A DNA stretch of 64,000 nucleotides from Octopus vulgaris (GCA_951406725.2 OX597832.1:55986001-56050000); one strand, 5' to 3'. Counted from the first letter of the stretch, positions 41,192 to 54,561 are shown. Notes: generated by a model not told the origin, from the letters alone. Made by a program: numbers and translations.

Positions 41192-42076
41192 ATATGAATA
41201 TGTGGATATAGTTATATAATTTTAGTGAATCTTAGCATGGTGGTACTAAAATTTATTAGTAAAACAAAGAGGGCGATAGATATAGAAAGTTTGAGAAGTT
41301 CTGAGCTAGATTTTCAGCTGGGTAAAGTATGTATGGTTGTCCATCATTAGAAGAGAATATAATGCGAGTAGCAGAAGTTCCGTAGCTGAGCAGAAGGGCG
41401 TCATTGATAGAAACGACAGTACTACCCACTAATCAACTTCGTTTCTTCATGTATATGTCAATGTAAGAGAGAGAGAGAGGGGGGGAGAGAAAGAGAGAGA
41501 GAGAGATGGCGAGAGAGATTGTCGTGTAATCTATCTACAGACAGAGATTACTATTTTAATATCGACTGCAAAGGATAATAGAAGATCCAGTCTGTTTAAT
41601 GCGAAATACATTCGAAAATCAGGAGACACCAAGTTAAGCTAACTAGCAGCCTAAATAAATAAATGGAAGAATCTTATGGGAAATGCAGTTTTCATTAGGT
41701 GCCTTTGTTCCGGCTCACATCACCACCACGATTCGGTTTGAACAAGCTTGGAAGATTTTCTATTCAGTATTAATTAGATATGTATTCAAAGACAACAGTA
41801 AGACCGCATAAAGAATCATATGCATTCAGATATACATACATACATGCATATATGCATACATACATGCATACATACATGCATACGTACATACATATATGCA
41901 TACATACATGCGTGCTTACGTGCATACGTACTTACGTACCAACGTAGGTACGTATGTATACTCATATACACATTTATAATATATCATTTATGTTCATATG
42001 TACATACATATAAACATATATATGCATACATATATACATATATTTACTCACGCATGTGTGTATATTATATATATAG

Positions 42077-42124
<48 letters not shown>

Positions 42125-42163
42125 GTATGTATGTATGTGTGCATATATATATATACATATATA

Positions 42164-42209
<46 letters not shown>

Positions 42210-42210
42210 C

Positions 42211-42244
<34 letters not shown>

Positions 42245-42750
42245 GTATATGTATATGTATATATACGTATACATGCACACATATATTGTATATAATTATA
42301 TTTATTATATATTATATATAGCTATGTAAGATATGTGTGTAAGGGAATATCTGTATGCGTCAGCATGCACATGCACACACACACACACACGTACATACAC
42401 ACACCTATATATATACACTTGCATATATACACACACACACGTGTGCGTGTGTCTTTGTGCATGACAGTAAGTGCGCGTACGCGTACATTCATACGAGGGG
42501 GTGTATGAAAAGTTGTACCATGTTTTGTTTCGTTTCTTTTTTCTGAGACTCGGGACTTTTCATACAACCCTTGTACATACATACATACATACATACATAC
42601 ACGCACAAAGAAAGGGAGGAGATGGGGCGGGGACAGGGAGAGGGGAGAGGGAGGGCGAGAAGCGTAAATGTACAGATGGGGGTTCTATTTCATATCATCA
42701 TCCTTTACTGCTGTTTCATGATGCGAATGTGGAATTTTTTCTTCTTTTGA

Positions 42751-42865
<115 letters not shown>

Positions 42866-42873
42866 TTTATTAT

Positions 42874-42908
<35 letters not shown>

Positions 42909-43249
42909 CTCGAAACTATTGCAATAATTCTACTGTCTGTTGGTTCACAAAGACAGTGCCTTCATTTCCAACTTTAAACTGTGGTATTGTCCATGAGAAA
43001 ATAGGGAAATTATAAACACTTTTCTCAAAAGGGATTTACCTCCATTTCTTTTTCTGTTGGGTCTTTTTGTTTTTTTCGTAGCGGGGGGAAAGGAAGAATA
43101 CAAAAGAACAATAATAATAACAATAGTAAATATTTCTTTGTTGGCAGACGATAGCAAACAAAGAACATGAAGTTTTCTATGATGTCTAATTACAGAAGGA
43201 ACACAAGAGATGTAAGCTAGTTGTACGTTCGAACTCAATAATAGCGCTT

Positions 43250-43490
43250 TATGTACTAGCTCTCCGTAGTACACAAATGTTTTACGCACGGATATATACG
43301 TACATACACATATGTACTAGCTCTCGTAGTACACAAATGTTTTACGCACGGATATATACGTACATACACATATGTACTAGCTCTCGTAGTACACAAATGT
43401 TTTACGCACGGATATATACGTACATACACATATGTACTAGCTCTCGTAGTACACAAATGTTTTACGCACGGATATATAATTACATACACA
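43250..43490. repeat. 60-bp tandem repeat, four copies
   Basis: ATGTACTAGCTCTCGTAGTACACAAATGTTTTACGCACGGATATATACGTACATACACAT, essentially exact. Confidence 0.95.
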
Positions 43491-43759
43491 CATGTACATA
43501 TGATGTATAGATATTGTGCATGTGTTTCAAAGGAGAAAAAAAACGTGAGATGTAAGCTTGTCGTACGTTCGAACTCAACAATAGTGCGATATATACGCGC
43601 TCTCGTACACATAAATGTTTCACTCGCTGATGTTACGCGCTTACATACAAGCATCTATGGTATGTAGATATTGTGTTTGTGTTTTAATAGAATAAAAATC
43701 GATACGTACGATTATGTGCGTTCCTATATGTGCATATATGGAGGAATTTGGGGCAGATA

Positions 43760-44290
43760 GGCGCAGGAGTGGTTATAGGTGCAAGAGTAGCTGTGTGGTA
43801 AGTGGCGTGCGTCGCTGTGTGGTAAGTAGCGTGCGTGGCTGTGTGGTAAGTAGCGTGCGTGCCAACCACAAGGTTCCGGGTTCTGTCCTACTGCGTGGCA
43901 CCTTGGGCAAGTGTCTTCTACTATAGCCTCGGGCCGATCAAAGCCTTGTGAGTGGATTTGGTAAACGGAAACTGAAAGAAGCCTGTCATATATACATATA
44001 TATATATGTATGTGTGTGTGTATGTGTGAGTGTGTGTTTGTGTGTGTGTGTGTGTGTTTGTGTGTATGTGTGTGTGTGCGTGTGTGTGTTTGCTCCCCAC
44101 CCCCGACATCGCTTGACAACCGATGCTGGTGCGTTTACGTCACCGTAACTTAGCGGTTCGGTAAAAGAAACCGATAGAATAAGTACTAGGCTGACAAGGA
44201 ATAAGTCTTGGTGTTGACTTGTTCGACTAAAGGCGGTGCTCCAGCATGGCCGCAGTCAAATAACTGAAACAAATAAAAGAGTAAAAGAGA
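43760..44290 (+). mobile_element. SINE B with a triplicated 24-bp head segment
   Basis: GCTGTGTGGTAAGT three times, then a full body. Confidence 0.9.
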
Positions 44291-44438
44291 ATGCTGTGCA
44301 TGTGTATATATATGAAGAAAGCATGTGTACGTGTCTGTCTGTGTGTATGTGTATTAGATAGACAGCCAGAGAGACGGACAGACAGACAGATAGATAAATA
44401 GGTAGATTGAAGTACGCAGCGGAAGACAGAGAAAGAAG

Positions 44439-44473
<35 letters not shown>

Positions 44474-44548
44474 GGACAGACAGACAGATAGATAAATAGG
44501 TAGATTGAAGTACGCAGCGGAAGACAGAGAAAGAGGGGGAGAGAGAGC

Positions 44549-44590
<42 letters not shown>

Positions 44591-44980
44591 TACAGACAGA
44601 CAGACAGACAGACAAACAGACGGACTGACAGACAGATGGAAAGACTAACACTAAATACTTGAGAGCCCTCAACAGCAGAAAAAGTCTTCAAAGAAGACAC
44701 GCTTACCCTCACCGCCGGTTTACCGGTGGATGGCTTATTTTTCTGTATACCGTAACACCTGTGGAGTGCCAGGTATATGGTAAAATAAGGTTCTGAACGT
44801 TAGAGCTCAAAGGGTTAATGCAAGTAAAACGATCATTAACTATTTTACTCTTTTATTTGTTTCAGTCAAGTGACTGCGGCCATGCTTGTGCACCGCCTTT
44901 AGTCGAGCAAATCGACCCCAGAACTTATAAAAATACCAGTAATTATTAAAATATATAACGTAGAGCATAGAAAGTAAGAT

Positions 44981-45103
44981 ATCTTACAGCTGTTTCAGCC
45001 AAGAGGCCATAGTACCCCATTCTACTTTTTTCCTCTAGTGAACTGAAGTATTTGGTAGATAAGATTAAGGTACTTGGGTGTGTCTCTGGGCTTCGTCAGA
45101 GAC
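44981..45103 (-). ncRNA. Hammerhead ribozyme with an intact core and a large loop II
   Basis: GTCT-CTGACGA-AGCCCAGAG...CTCTTGGCT-GAAA-CAGCTG-TA-AGAT. Confidence 0.65.
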
Positions 45104-45205
45104 TTTAGAAAGTTCATACTTATACATATACACACATATACATAAATATACATAAACACATATACATATATTAAAATGTATATGCATATGCATACAAAAG
45201 AATAA

Positions 45206-45260
<55 letters not shown>

Positions 45261-45935
45261 GGTGTATTATAGTATATTATTCTTATTAGATAAAATATAA
45301 ACAGAGGTAGAAAGTCATTAAAAGTGAAATAAAAGTGCAATTTAAAAAAATCAATGTATCTTAAGATTATTTTAGTTATGTAGGAATGAAAAGGTATAAA
45401 CATGAGGAATGCACATGTATATATACATATATACATACACACACAAATATATATACATATATATTTGCGTGCAAACATACACTTAGGTACATACGTATTA
45501 CATGTGTTGAGAAGGGAGTATTATTGCAGTTCGTATTATTCTTTTTATATAACTATACACTACCGTCAGAAATTAATTAGCACCCTTGATTTACTCTTCA
45601 CTCAAGGTATTTGCTGTCACCTAGTGGCCATATCTCGAACTATTGCTTTGTTGCGAGTTCACTGTTGCGCAGAACGATGACGTAACTTTGTTTGCAGAGC
45701 AGTTTGAGAGTCTACAGCCTAATGATGTTGACATAGCAGTGCAACAACAACTTGGAGTGCAGATGCAGACAAATCTTCCTTTGTTTAATAGATATAGGTA
45801 GCGCCTCGCAAGGACCGAAATCACACCGTACTAAGTTTTCTCATCGCGTAAGACGTTTTGAACAGCTCGTAGGTTAATTGATTTGTGTATTTGCAAGATT
45901 TTTTTTCCTCACAAATTCTCCTACACTCTGCTTGG

Positions 45936-45968
45936 TGACGTCACTTCCGGTTCACAAAACTTTCAGTT
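45936..45968 (+). promoter_or_regulatory. Candidate transposase promoter: overlapping CRE-ETS motif plus initiator
   Basis: TGACGTCACTTCCGG at 45936-45950; TCAGTT at 45963-45968. Confidence 0.55.
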
Positions 45969-46109
45969 ATACATCAAATAAGGTGAGAAATTCTGCTTTC
46001 TTTCTTTTTTGTTTAATGAATAATAACTCATAGCTGTTTTGTTATAGCATAACATTATTCAAATGAACAGTTTTAATGAAAATAACTGGTTTTTATCGTA
46101 CATTCCTAG

Positions 46110-47075
46110 ATGGGCCCAAGACCTCGCATGACCTTGGAGAGACGGTACGAGGCTCTCTCGTGGCGTGGGAAGCTGTCGGAGGCTGCAATAGCCAGAAAAC
46201 TTGGTGTAGCCAGGCGCACAATTCAGTGCTTATTTAAGAAATACGAGGAAACCGGATCAGCAGCTGACAAAAAGGGTAGGGGACAGAAGAGGCTGACGAC
46301 CCAGCGGGAGGACCGGATGCTGATCCGAAAGTCGCTGAACAACCGAAGGGCAACGAGCCGGCAACTGGCGGAGGAGATGCAAAAGGTGACAGGGAAGCAG
46401 TTGTCTACAACCACCGTCAAGACCAGATTACTGGAAGCTGGTCTAAAATCCTGTAGGGCCGCCCGTAAGCCGCTCCTTACAGCCCAAAACTGGAAGAGGC
46501 GGCTGCTCTGGGCCCGTGCCCACAAGACATGGACCGTGCAGCAGTGGTGGACAGTGATGTTCACTGACGAGTCGCGATTCAGTCTCATCAGTGACAAGCC
46601 TGTCCATGTGCGACGCCGCAGGGGTGAGCGCTTCAACAAAGACTGCATTGCTTCCACCATGAAGCATGGTGGGGTGGTCTGATGGTGTGAGGGGCGTTCA
46701 GCTACAGTGGTGTTGGGCGGCTCTATGCCGTCAAAGGCAACATCAACGCAGCAAAGTACGTTGAGATAGTACGGGATACCTCTTTGGTGGCGAGGAGTAC
46801 GTGCTCCAGCAGGACAACGCGCCTTCCCACACAGCCAAGCTCACAACCGGTTTCTTCAAGGACCATGACCTGACCTGAACCCTATTGATAACATCTGGAG
46901 TCGATTGGGTAGGGATTTGAATGTGCAGCAATACAGGAACCGACACGAGCTGTTTGGGGCACTTCTTGCTGCATGGAGGGCCATCACTGCACAGTACCTG
47001 CAGGCACTCATAGACAGCATGCCGACCCGCGTAGCAGCTGTCATTGCTGCCAAAGGAGGAGCAACAAGATATTGA
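46110..47075 (+). pseudogene. Tc1 transposase pseudogene
   Basis: HTH, GRGQK, AARKPLL, FTDESRF, QQDNAPSH, PDLNPIDNIW, SMPTRVAAVIAAKGGATRY*; frameshift near 46680 and deletions. Confidence 0.93.
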
Positions 47076-47244
47076 CTAAATTTCACGATTAATAACAATT
47101 ATGTGGTGTGCTGGGATATGTTTTAATAAATTTTTGATTAAAAACGAGTTCGTTTCTGATAATAAGTTTATTAAATTAAGAAAATGTAAGAAAATGTAGA
47201 AATTTGAGAAGTGCTAATTAATTTCCGACGCAAGTGTATATATA

Positions 47245-47721
47245 TAAGCAATAATAAATCTCTGAACGAGGTATAAACAGTAACTAGTATAAACAAAGGC
47301 TTAACAGCCCTTCTTGTTTGTGTTACTGTTATTCTCCGTGTCCTGTCTTTTACTGTTTATATTTTGTACTGTCGTTACTGTCCTGTTTTTGTTACCATTT
47401 TTACCCCTCCGCAAAAAAATCTCAAATTTTATTTAATTTGATTTTCGCGGGAAGGAAAGTTTTATTGAAGTCATGTATCGCCTTGACCTTCGAAACGTGG
47501 AGTAGATGAAATTAAGGCGACTGAAGAAGGGGAATGTACTCTATTTATTCGTTGTTTTAAAACAATGTCCATTTCCTTGGTTTTGTGTTTATGTTTTCGT
47601 TTCTCATTGTGTTCGACGTTTTTTTTGGTGTCCTGTACCCATATATGCATGTATATATATACATGTAGAGGTAGGTACGTACATATATGTATGTATATAT
47701 GCATATGTTTTATTTATTTAT

Positions 47722-47725
<4 letters not shown>
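47245..47725 (+). mobile_element. Non-coding repeat carrying a permuted hammerhead, flanked by TA repeats
   Basis: Homologous to 3415-3605 (+), 58965-59220 (-) and a 3' fragment at 49812-49890. Confidence 0.7.
47472..47532 (+). ncRNA. Candidate non-circularly permuted hammerhead ribozyme
   Basis: CATGT-A-TCGCCTT / CCTTC-GAAA-CGTG / AAGGCGA-CTGAAGA-A-GGGG: all three stems can pair, but the strands occur in reverse order. Confidence 0.6.
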
Positions 47726-47777
<52 letters not shown>

Positions 47778-47877
47778 GAGAGAGAGAGAGAGAGAGAGAG
47801 ATAGATAGATAAGCCGTGATAAGCTTGATACTATCTTTCTGTACCAAAATTTTTTGGGATCGCACTACTCCATCATT

Positions 47878-47918
<41 letters not shown>

Positions 47919-48555
47919 CATACACATCTTTGTGTGTGTGTTTGTGTGGGCGTGCGTGCTTGTGCGTGTGTGTGTGTGTGTGTGTGTATGTGTGTCTGTG
48001 CTTGTGTCAGTCTGTCTGTATCTGTCTGAGTTTCTCTGTGTGCGCGCACGTGTATTTGATCAGCCGGAACCGGAACTAACTGGAACCCTTTTTTTCTTTC
48101 ACTCAGACATATTTCTAGGAAACCGAACGATCTTCTACACGCGTACGCTGAGTACCTTCTTCTCATTCTTCTCCTTCTTCTTCTTCTTCTTCTTCTTCTT
48201 CTTCTTCTTCTTCTCCTTCTTCTTCTTCTTCTTCTTCTTCTTCTTCTTCTTCTTCTCCTTCTCCTTCTTCTTCTTCTTCTTCTTCTTCTTCTTTTTCTTC
48301 CTTCTTCTTCTTCTTCTTCTTCTTCTTCTTCTTCTTCTTCTTCTTCTTCTTCTTCTTCTTCTTCTTCTTCTTCTTCATCTTTCGGGTCGTTACCACTGAC
48401 TCAATGTGTGTGCGTGCGCCTGTGTGTATGCCTCCTCCGTATTATATGAGTGTATGTGTATGTATGTGCGTGTGTTTGCTTGTGTGCGTGCGCCTATGTC
48501 TGTGCGTGTGTGTGTGTGTGTGTGTGTATGCGTGTGTGTGTGTTACTCCACCTAC

Positions 48556-48692
48556 AATCTTCCATTTTCTAAATACCGACTGACGTTCATTTAGTAATAT
48601 ATGCCAAGTATTGTTTGCTTTCATGTGAACGGAGTCAGTTAGTACGCGGATGGAAGTCGTGATGTGGTTGAGAGGAAGAAAGAGAAACAAAG
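48556..48692 (-). CDS. Possible third exon of the unidentified minus-strand gene (donor uncertain)
   Basis: Pyrimidine tract plus CTAG acceptor, phase-1 compatible, open frame LFLFLPLNHITTSIRVLTDSVHMKANNTWHILLNERQSVFRKWKI. Confidence 0.2.
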
Positions 48693-48720
48693 CTAGAAAG
48701 AGAGAGAGAATGAGAAAGAG

Positions 48721-48752
<32 letters not shown>

Positions 48753-49565
48753 TTGAGAAAGAGGAGAGGTTAATTGTGATGAGTGTGAAAAGCGGAAAGA
48801 GAAGGAAAAAGTCGTATTTGAATCTTGTACCTAAGGTGTATTAGTAATAGATATATATACACGTTTATATCATTTCTCAATAATTTCTCATTAACATAAT
48901 ATATTCTCACCTACACATATATAATTTATTCTATAAAATAAATACGACGGGTTTATGTAGACGAATAATCAGTTCTCGGTGGTGTTTGTTTTTTTCGTTC
49001 TTTTCCGTCTCTCTTCGTTGTTTTTTTTTTTTGTTTTTTTTTTGTTTTTGTTTTTTTATTTCCAGTGATTACGGAAAGTGCGGTTATATAGGTACAGACG
49101 AACTGACGCATTCGTGTTATTCAAACATTGACAGACGAAACGCATATATGCACTCAGTCGCTCTCTCACATACAAATACACTCGCACACACACTCGCGTA
49201 CACGCGTACGCATTCTCACGACACATGCTAAGAAGCACACATACACACATACACACATACACACATACATACAAAGACTTCTTATTTGCGTGTATGACGC
49301 GCGTATTTCCACAGAACTTTGGTAACAAAGGGTTGTTGTTCAAAACAAAGTAACTGATTTGATATTGTTTAAATTCGGTTTGCAATTCATTCCTGTATAC
49401 ACACACACACACACACAACCATACATGCACGCGCATACACACACGCGCTCGCACACACACACACATATGTATGTATGTGTGTATGTACGTATATACAAAT
49501 ATGAATGCATATGCATATTGGCAAATCGATAATCAAAAATAACAAAACAAACATCAAAAAGACGC

Positions 49566-49641
<76 letters not shown>

Positions 49642-49740
49642 GTATATATGTATATATATAAGTATATATATATGTGTGTGTGTGTGTAAACATGCATATA
49701 TATGAACATATACATATGTTGGTATACATATATGTATGGT

Positions 49741-49779
<39 letters not shown>

Positions 49780-49887
49780 ATGCGTGTGTGTGTATATATA
49801 TATATATATATTATATGCATGTATATATACATGTAGATGTCGGTACGTACATATATGTTTGTATGTATGCATATATTTTATTTATTA

Positions 49888-49948
<61 letters not shown>

Positions 49949-50178
49949 TAGTGAATGGAAGAAATGGAGTTGAACGAAGATTGTACAGAATTCCTTTTAT
50001 TACATTCTACACATGTTTCAAAGGCCACAAATTTCCAAATTATGATTAAATAAGGGTACCATATTGTGGCTTTCTCTTCAAGAAAAAACAGGAATTCCGT
50101 TGACAGAACAAAACAAAACAGAGGCGCAGCAACGCAATTCGAACGAGAACGCTCCTTAAGAGCCCATGGCTGAACTCA

Positions 50179-50252
<74 letters not shown>

Positions 50253-50404
50253 TATACACATACATACATACACATATATACACTTTGTGTACACACATAC
50301 ACACATATATATATATATTCACAAAGACACATACACAAGGTATCCAAAAGAATGAAAATAGAAAAAACCACCCGGCACATGTCGTGGAAGATACATAGAC
50401 ATAC

Positions 50405-50477
50405 GGACATTTTGATTTAGCCTCGCATTGGATAAAGTTTCATAGTCGTACGTCAGTACGTCTGACTCGTCAGATGT
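50405..50477 (-). CDS. Candidate internal exon (73 nt): [24 protein letters not shown]
   Basis: TACTAAC branch point, pyrimidine tract, AG acceptor, GTATGT donor; phase-0 start matches the upstream exon. Confidence 0.45.
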
Positions 50478-51029
50478 CTTAGAACCAATGCGATGAAAAG
50501 GGAAAATATAGGTTAGTAGAGAGAATTTAGGAGTCTCCAGTGATCCGTTCATCTGTACGACTGTGTGTTTGTATATGTTTGTATATTCGTGTATATTACT
50601 GTATTTCGGAAAAAAAAACAACATTAAAACCTATAATCGCACACATCGATTGTTGCCTCTTGTACTTAATCATATTTACACGGACATTTTCGTCATTCTT
50701 CCATTAATACTCAAAATGGATTATACCGTTCTGTTTCATCTCTAAGCCGTCGTTGTCGTGTAATTATTTCTGTTTTTCGCCTTTGTTTTTGATTATTTCT
50801 GTATTTTCTCTCTTGCGTCGATGCCAGTACAACACCTCGTGTATGTGAGAGCACATATTTGGATTTAGTCATATTGTATCTTTATTTTTTGTAATGATGG
50901 GCTGTGATTAATGGGGCATCGTTACAGCCCAGTACAAAAATAAGAACACGATATGACTTCAAACCAAACATGCACTCACACACACATGTGATCTTATGCT
51001 GGCTTCAATATTTTGATGTTGGCATCATT

Positions 51030-51335
51030 CTTTCATTTGAATGTATATATGTGGTTTGTGTCTACTTCTTGTATTCGTACAGCCTCTGTAATCTGCTTTA
51101 ATGTTAGGTCGTTTCAACCTTACATTACTTCGAGATTTGTGATCCCTAAAGTTTCTGGACGACATGCTAATTAGGGTATGAATGCTTGCTCCTTTCCATT
51201 GTATTCCCGCTCGTGTTCCGCCGTCTTTTCACCTAGACTGCGCGCCTTTTCGCCTATATAACTGTGGATCGTCTTCACATTGCTTTTCGATACATTTTAT
51301 GTGTTGCGCTATATGTTTTAGTTTTGCAGTTTATC
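51030..51335 (-). pseudogene. Degenerate GIY-YIG endonuclease of a Penelope-like element
   Basis: NCKTK..HIKC..QC..(fs)SYIGEKARSLGEKTAEHEREY...KQITEAVRIQE. Confidence 0.7.
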
Positions 51336-52197
51336 TGTGGGTTGTTTGTATAAATCAGACAGCTGTCAGTGCGATGTTTTTATAACTTACACAGGTATAA
51401 CATAGCAGTGATGCGATAGATCCAACTGGTTTTTGCAGCATTTTAACTTCTTTAATAGTTCTCTTATAAATTCAGAAGTTGTTCGCCTCTAGTGACGCTC
51501 AGAGAGGGAAAAGATGACAAATGAAAGAAACTAAAAATAAATTTTTCAAAATAAATTTCCATACTCATGTACCTTTTTTTCATCTCATCATCATAAAAAA
51601 ACGTTTACAGCATAGAAACGTCGAACCGAGCCTGCAGACTTGTGAATAAAATTTTTCATCTATAAAATATTTTATCTATATTTTTGCCGGAATAAATTTC
51701 ATAACGAGAACTAAGAAGAAAAAAGAGCTAAAGGAAATACCTCAAAGAGGCAATCGCGTGAATTTTAATAATTAAGTTAACGGGTAACATATTGAATGTT
51801 GTATGCTATAAATTCATATATTATTGAAATAACTTCCTAAGTTAAAAGAAGGAAAATATCACGTGATAATACATGGAGAGTCCAAAATAAAAATTATTTC
51901 CTGAAATTAATGATTAATTTCTCCAGTTAATTTACATGCTTGAGGAAAAGGGTGGACTGTTTTTTGTTTGTAAAAGACAATTATGGACATATGTTCGGTC
52001 AATTTTTACCTCGTCAGTATATATCTACAATGTATATAATGATGGCTAATATATACTTTCTAAAGTTTATTCATTTTGGTCATCATTACAGTCTCGTGGT
52101 CAAAAAGCATCATGGACAAGGTTCGTAGCCAAAGAGCATCATGTTCGGTCAAATTTTACCGCGTCAGTATATATATTCTACAGTGCATATAGTGAGA

Positions 52198-52325
52198 TGC
52201 GAAGGCGCGTGGCCTAATGGTTATGGTGTTGCACTCACGATCAAGCATTCGCCGGATCGATTCCCGGACCGGGCGGTGTGTTGTGCTCTTGAGCAAAACA
52301 TTTTATTTCACGTTGCTCTGCGGAT
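52198..52325 (+). mobile_element. tRNA-derived SINE head (family D; related copy at 57717-57920)
   Basis: GGCGCGTGGCCTAATGGTTA..GATCGATTCCC. Confidence 0.65.
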
Positions 52326-52485
52326 GGCAGGATGGTAGAATCGCTAGCACGTCGGCAGAAATGCTTCACGGTGTATCTTCCGGCTTTTGACATTCTGAGT
52401 TCAAATCCCACCTGTTACGGGAAACCGTTCCATTATTCACTCCACGTCTAGTCACGGCAAGCAAAGTTCCAGTAATTTACTCAAC

Positions 52486-52640
52486 CGCAGGAGTGGCTGT
52501 GTGGTAAGTAGCTTGCTTACCAACCACATGGTTCCGGGTTCAGTCCCTCTTTGGAAAGTGTCTTCTACTATAGCCTCGGGCCGACCAAAGCCTTGTGAGT
52601 TTATTTGGTAGACGGAAAATGAAAAAAGCCTGTCGTATAT

Positions 52641-52695
<55 letters not shown>

Positions 52696-52903
52696 TCTGT
52701 CTGTGTTTGTCCCTCCAAAATCGCTTGACAACCGATGCTGGTGTGTTTACGTCCCCGTAACTTAGAGGTTCAGCGAAAAGAGGCCGATAGAATAAGCACA
52801 AGGCTTACAAAGAATAAGGCCTGGGGTTGATTTGCTCGACTGAAAAGGCGGTGCTCCAGGATGGCCGCAGTCAAATGACTGAAACAAGTAAAAGAATAAA
52901 AGA
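52486..52903 (+). mobile_element. SINE B
   Basis: Homology. Confidence 0.9.
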
Positions 52904-53401
52904 ATCACCGCAACAAGGGAGAGTTCGGGCCCTCCAAGCTCGTACAGAGCGCGCTGGAAAATATCCCCAAGTACAGGACCTACCCAAGGGCAGACAACCC
53001 TTGGACTAGATATAGTGAGATGTGGCTAAAATGTATTTTATAATGTTCGTTCGTTTAAGCGATTATCGTCTTTCATATTTCAATTATTCATTACGTTTCT
53101 ATTGAACTCCTTATTCATAAATCCATTATAGTTTCAATGGATCTTTTTTTGCCAAGATACTTTGCTTGAAAATACATTTTTATTATAGTGTGGGGAAATT
53201 GATTTGTTTTATTACGATATATGTATCTGTGTATGTGCTTTTGTCTATTATAAATATTATAGTATTATACGTAAGTATGCATCTGAATGTATGTATGTAT
53301 GTATGTATGTATGTATGTATGTATGTATGTATGTATGTATGTATGTATGTATGTATATATGTATATATATATACATATATATATACATATATATATATAT
53401 C

Positions 53402-53451
<50 letters not shown>

Positions 53452-53714
53452 CATATGTATATATGCATGTATATATATGTTTGTATATGTATATATGTAT
53501 ATGCATACAGATGTGTATCCATGCATATAAACACATATACATACATATACATGTATATACGTACACTCTCACACACGTACATACATAGGAATACACTTAT
53601 ACACACACACACATATATATATACATACATATATACACACACACTCACATATATATATATATATATATACATGAATATATATACATATATATATATACAT
53701 ATATAAATATACAT

Positions 53715-53770
<56 letters not shown>

Positions 53771-53882
53771 TTATTTATTTATTTAGAGACAGACAGACAA
53801 ATCGATAGATAGATATAGATATATATGAAAATTATTTTAATATACCTGAAGTAGTCTTTGTGTGTACACGGACACAAATACA

Positions 53883-53938
<56 letters not shown>

Positions 53939-53984
53939 AGATACACATACATACATACATGCATACACCACTTGCTCATAAGCA

Positions 53985-54067
53985 CACACCCACACGTGAA
54001 TTATTTTCAGTGACACGTACATTGGGCAAAAAAACGCATAAGCACATACACATCACAAGGATGCACA

Positions 54068-54105
<38 letters not shown>

Positions 54106-54227
54106 TACATTAACACAGACTACGCACACACGCATCATACACATACACACCCACACGTGAAATATTTTCAGTGACACGTACATTGGGCAAAAAACGCATA
54201 AGCACATACACATCACAAGGATACACA

Positions 54228-54265
<38 letters not shown>

Positions 54266-54295
54266 TACATTAACACAGACTACGCACACACACAT
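53985..54295. repeat. Tandem duplication of about 160 bp
   Basis: CCACACGTGA..TTTTCAGTGACACGTACATTGGGC..GACTACGCAC occurs twice. Confidence 0.9.
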
Positions 54296-54482
54296 ACATA
54301 CACATTAACACAAAATATGCACACACACAAAATATGCACACACGCAAATGCATATATACACATGTACATACATATATACATATGCATACACTCATATACA
54401 CATATATACATACATACATATACATACATACATACATATACATACACTCTTACACACACTCATACGTACACACACAAACACA

Positions 54483-54561
<79 letters not shown>

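Larger units (their letters stand above)
45558..47236 (+). mobile_element. Tc1 DNA transposon (1679 bp), defective
   Basis: Imperfect 26-bp TIRs (CACTACCGTCAGAAATTAATTAGCAC / CACTTGCGTCGGAAATTAATTAGCAC); TA on both sides. Confidence 0.93.

Noticed and set aside
43250-43490. Regular 60-bp periodicity as a CRISPR array
   Set aside because: Units are identical with no unique spacers, there are no cas genes, and the context is eukaryotic
49040-49100. Plus-strand micro-exon after a long T tract (TTTCCAG...ATAG/GTACAG)
   Set aside because: Weak donor and no partner exons identified
50165-50183. Perfect small inverted repeat ATGGCTGA-AC-TCAGCCAT
   Set aside because: 8-bp arms are expected by chance in 64 kb
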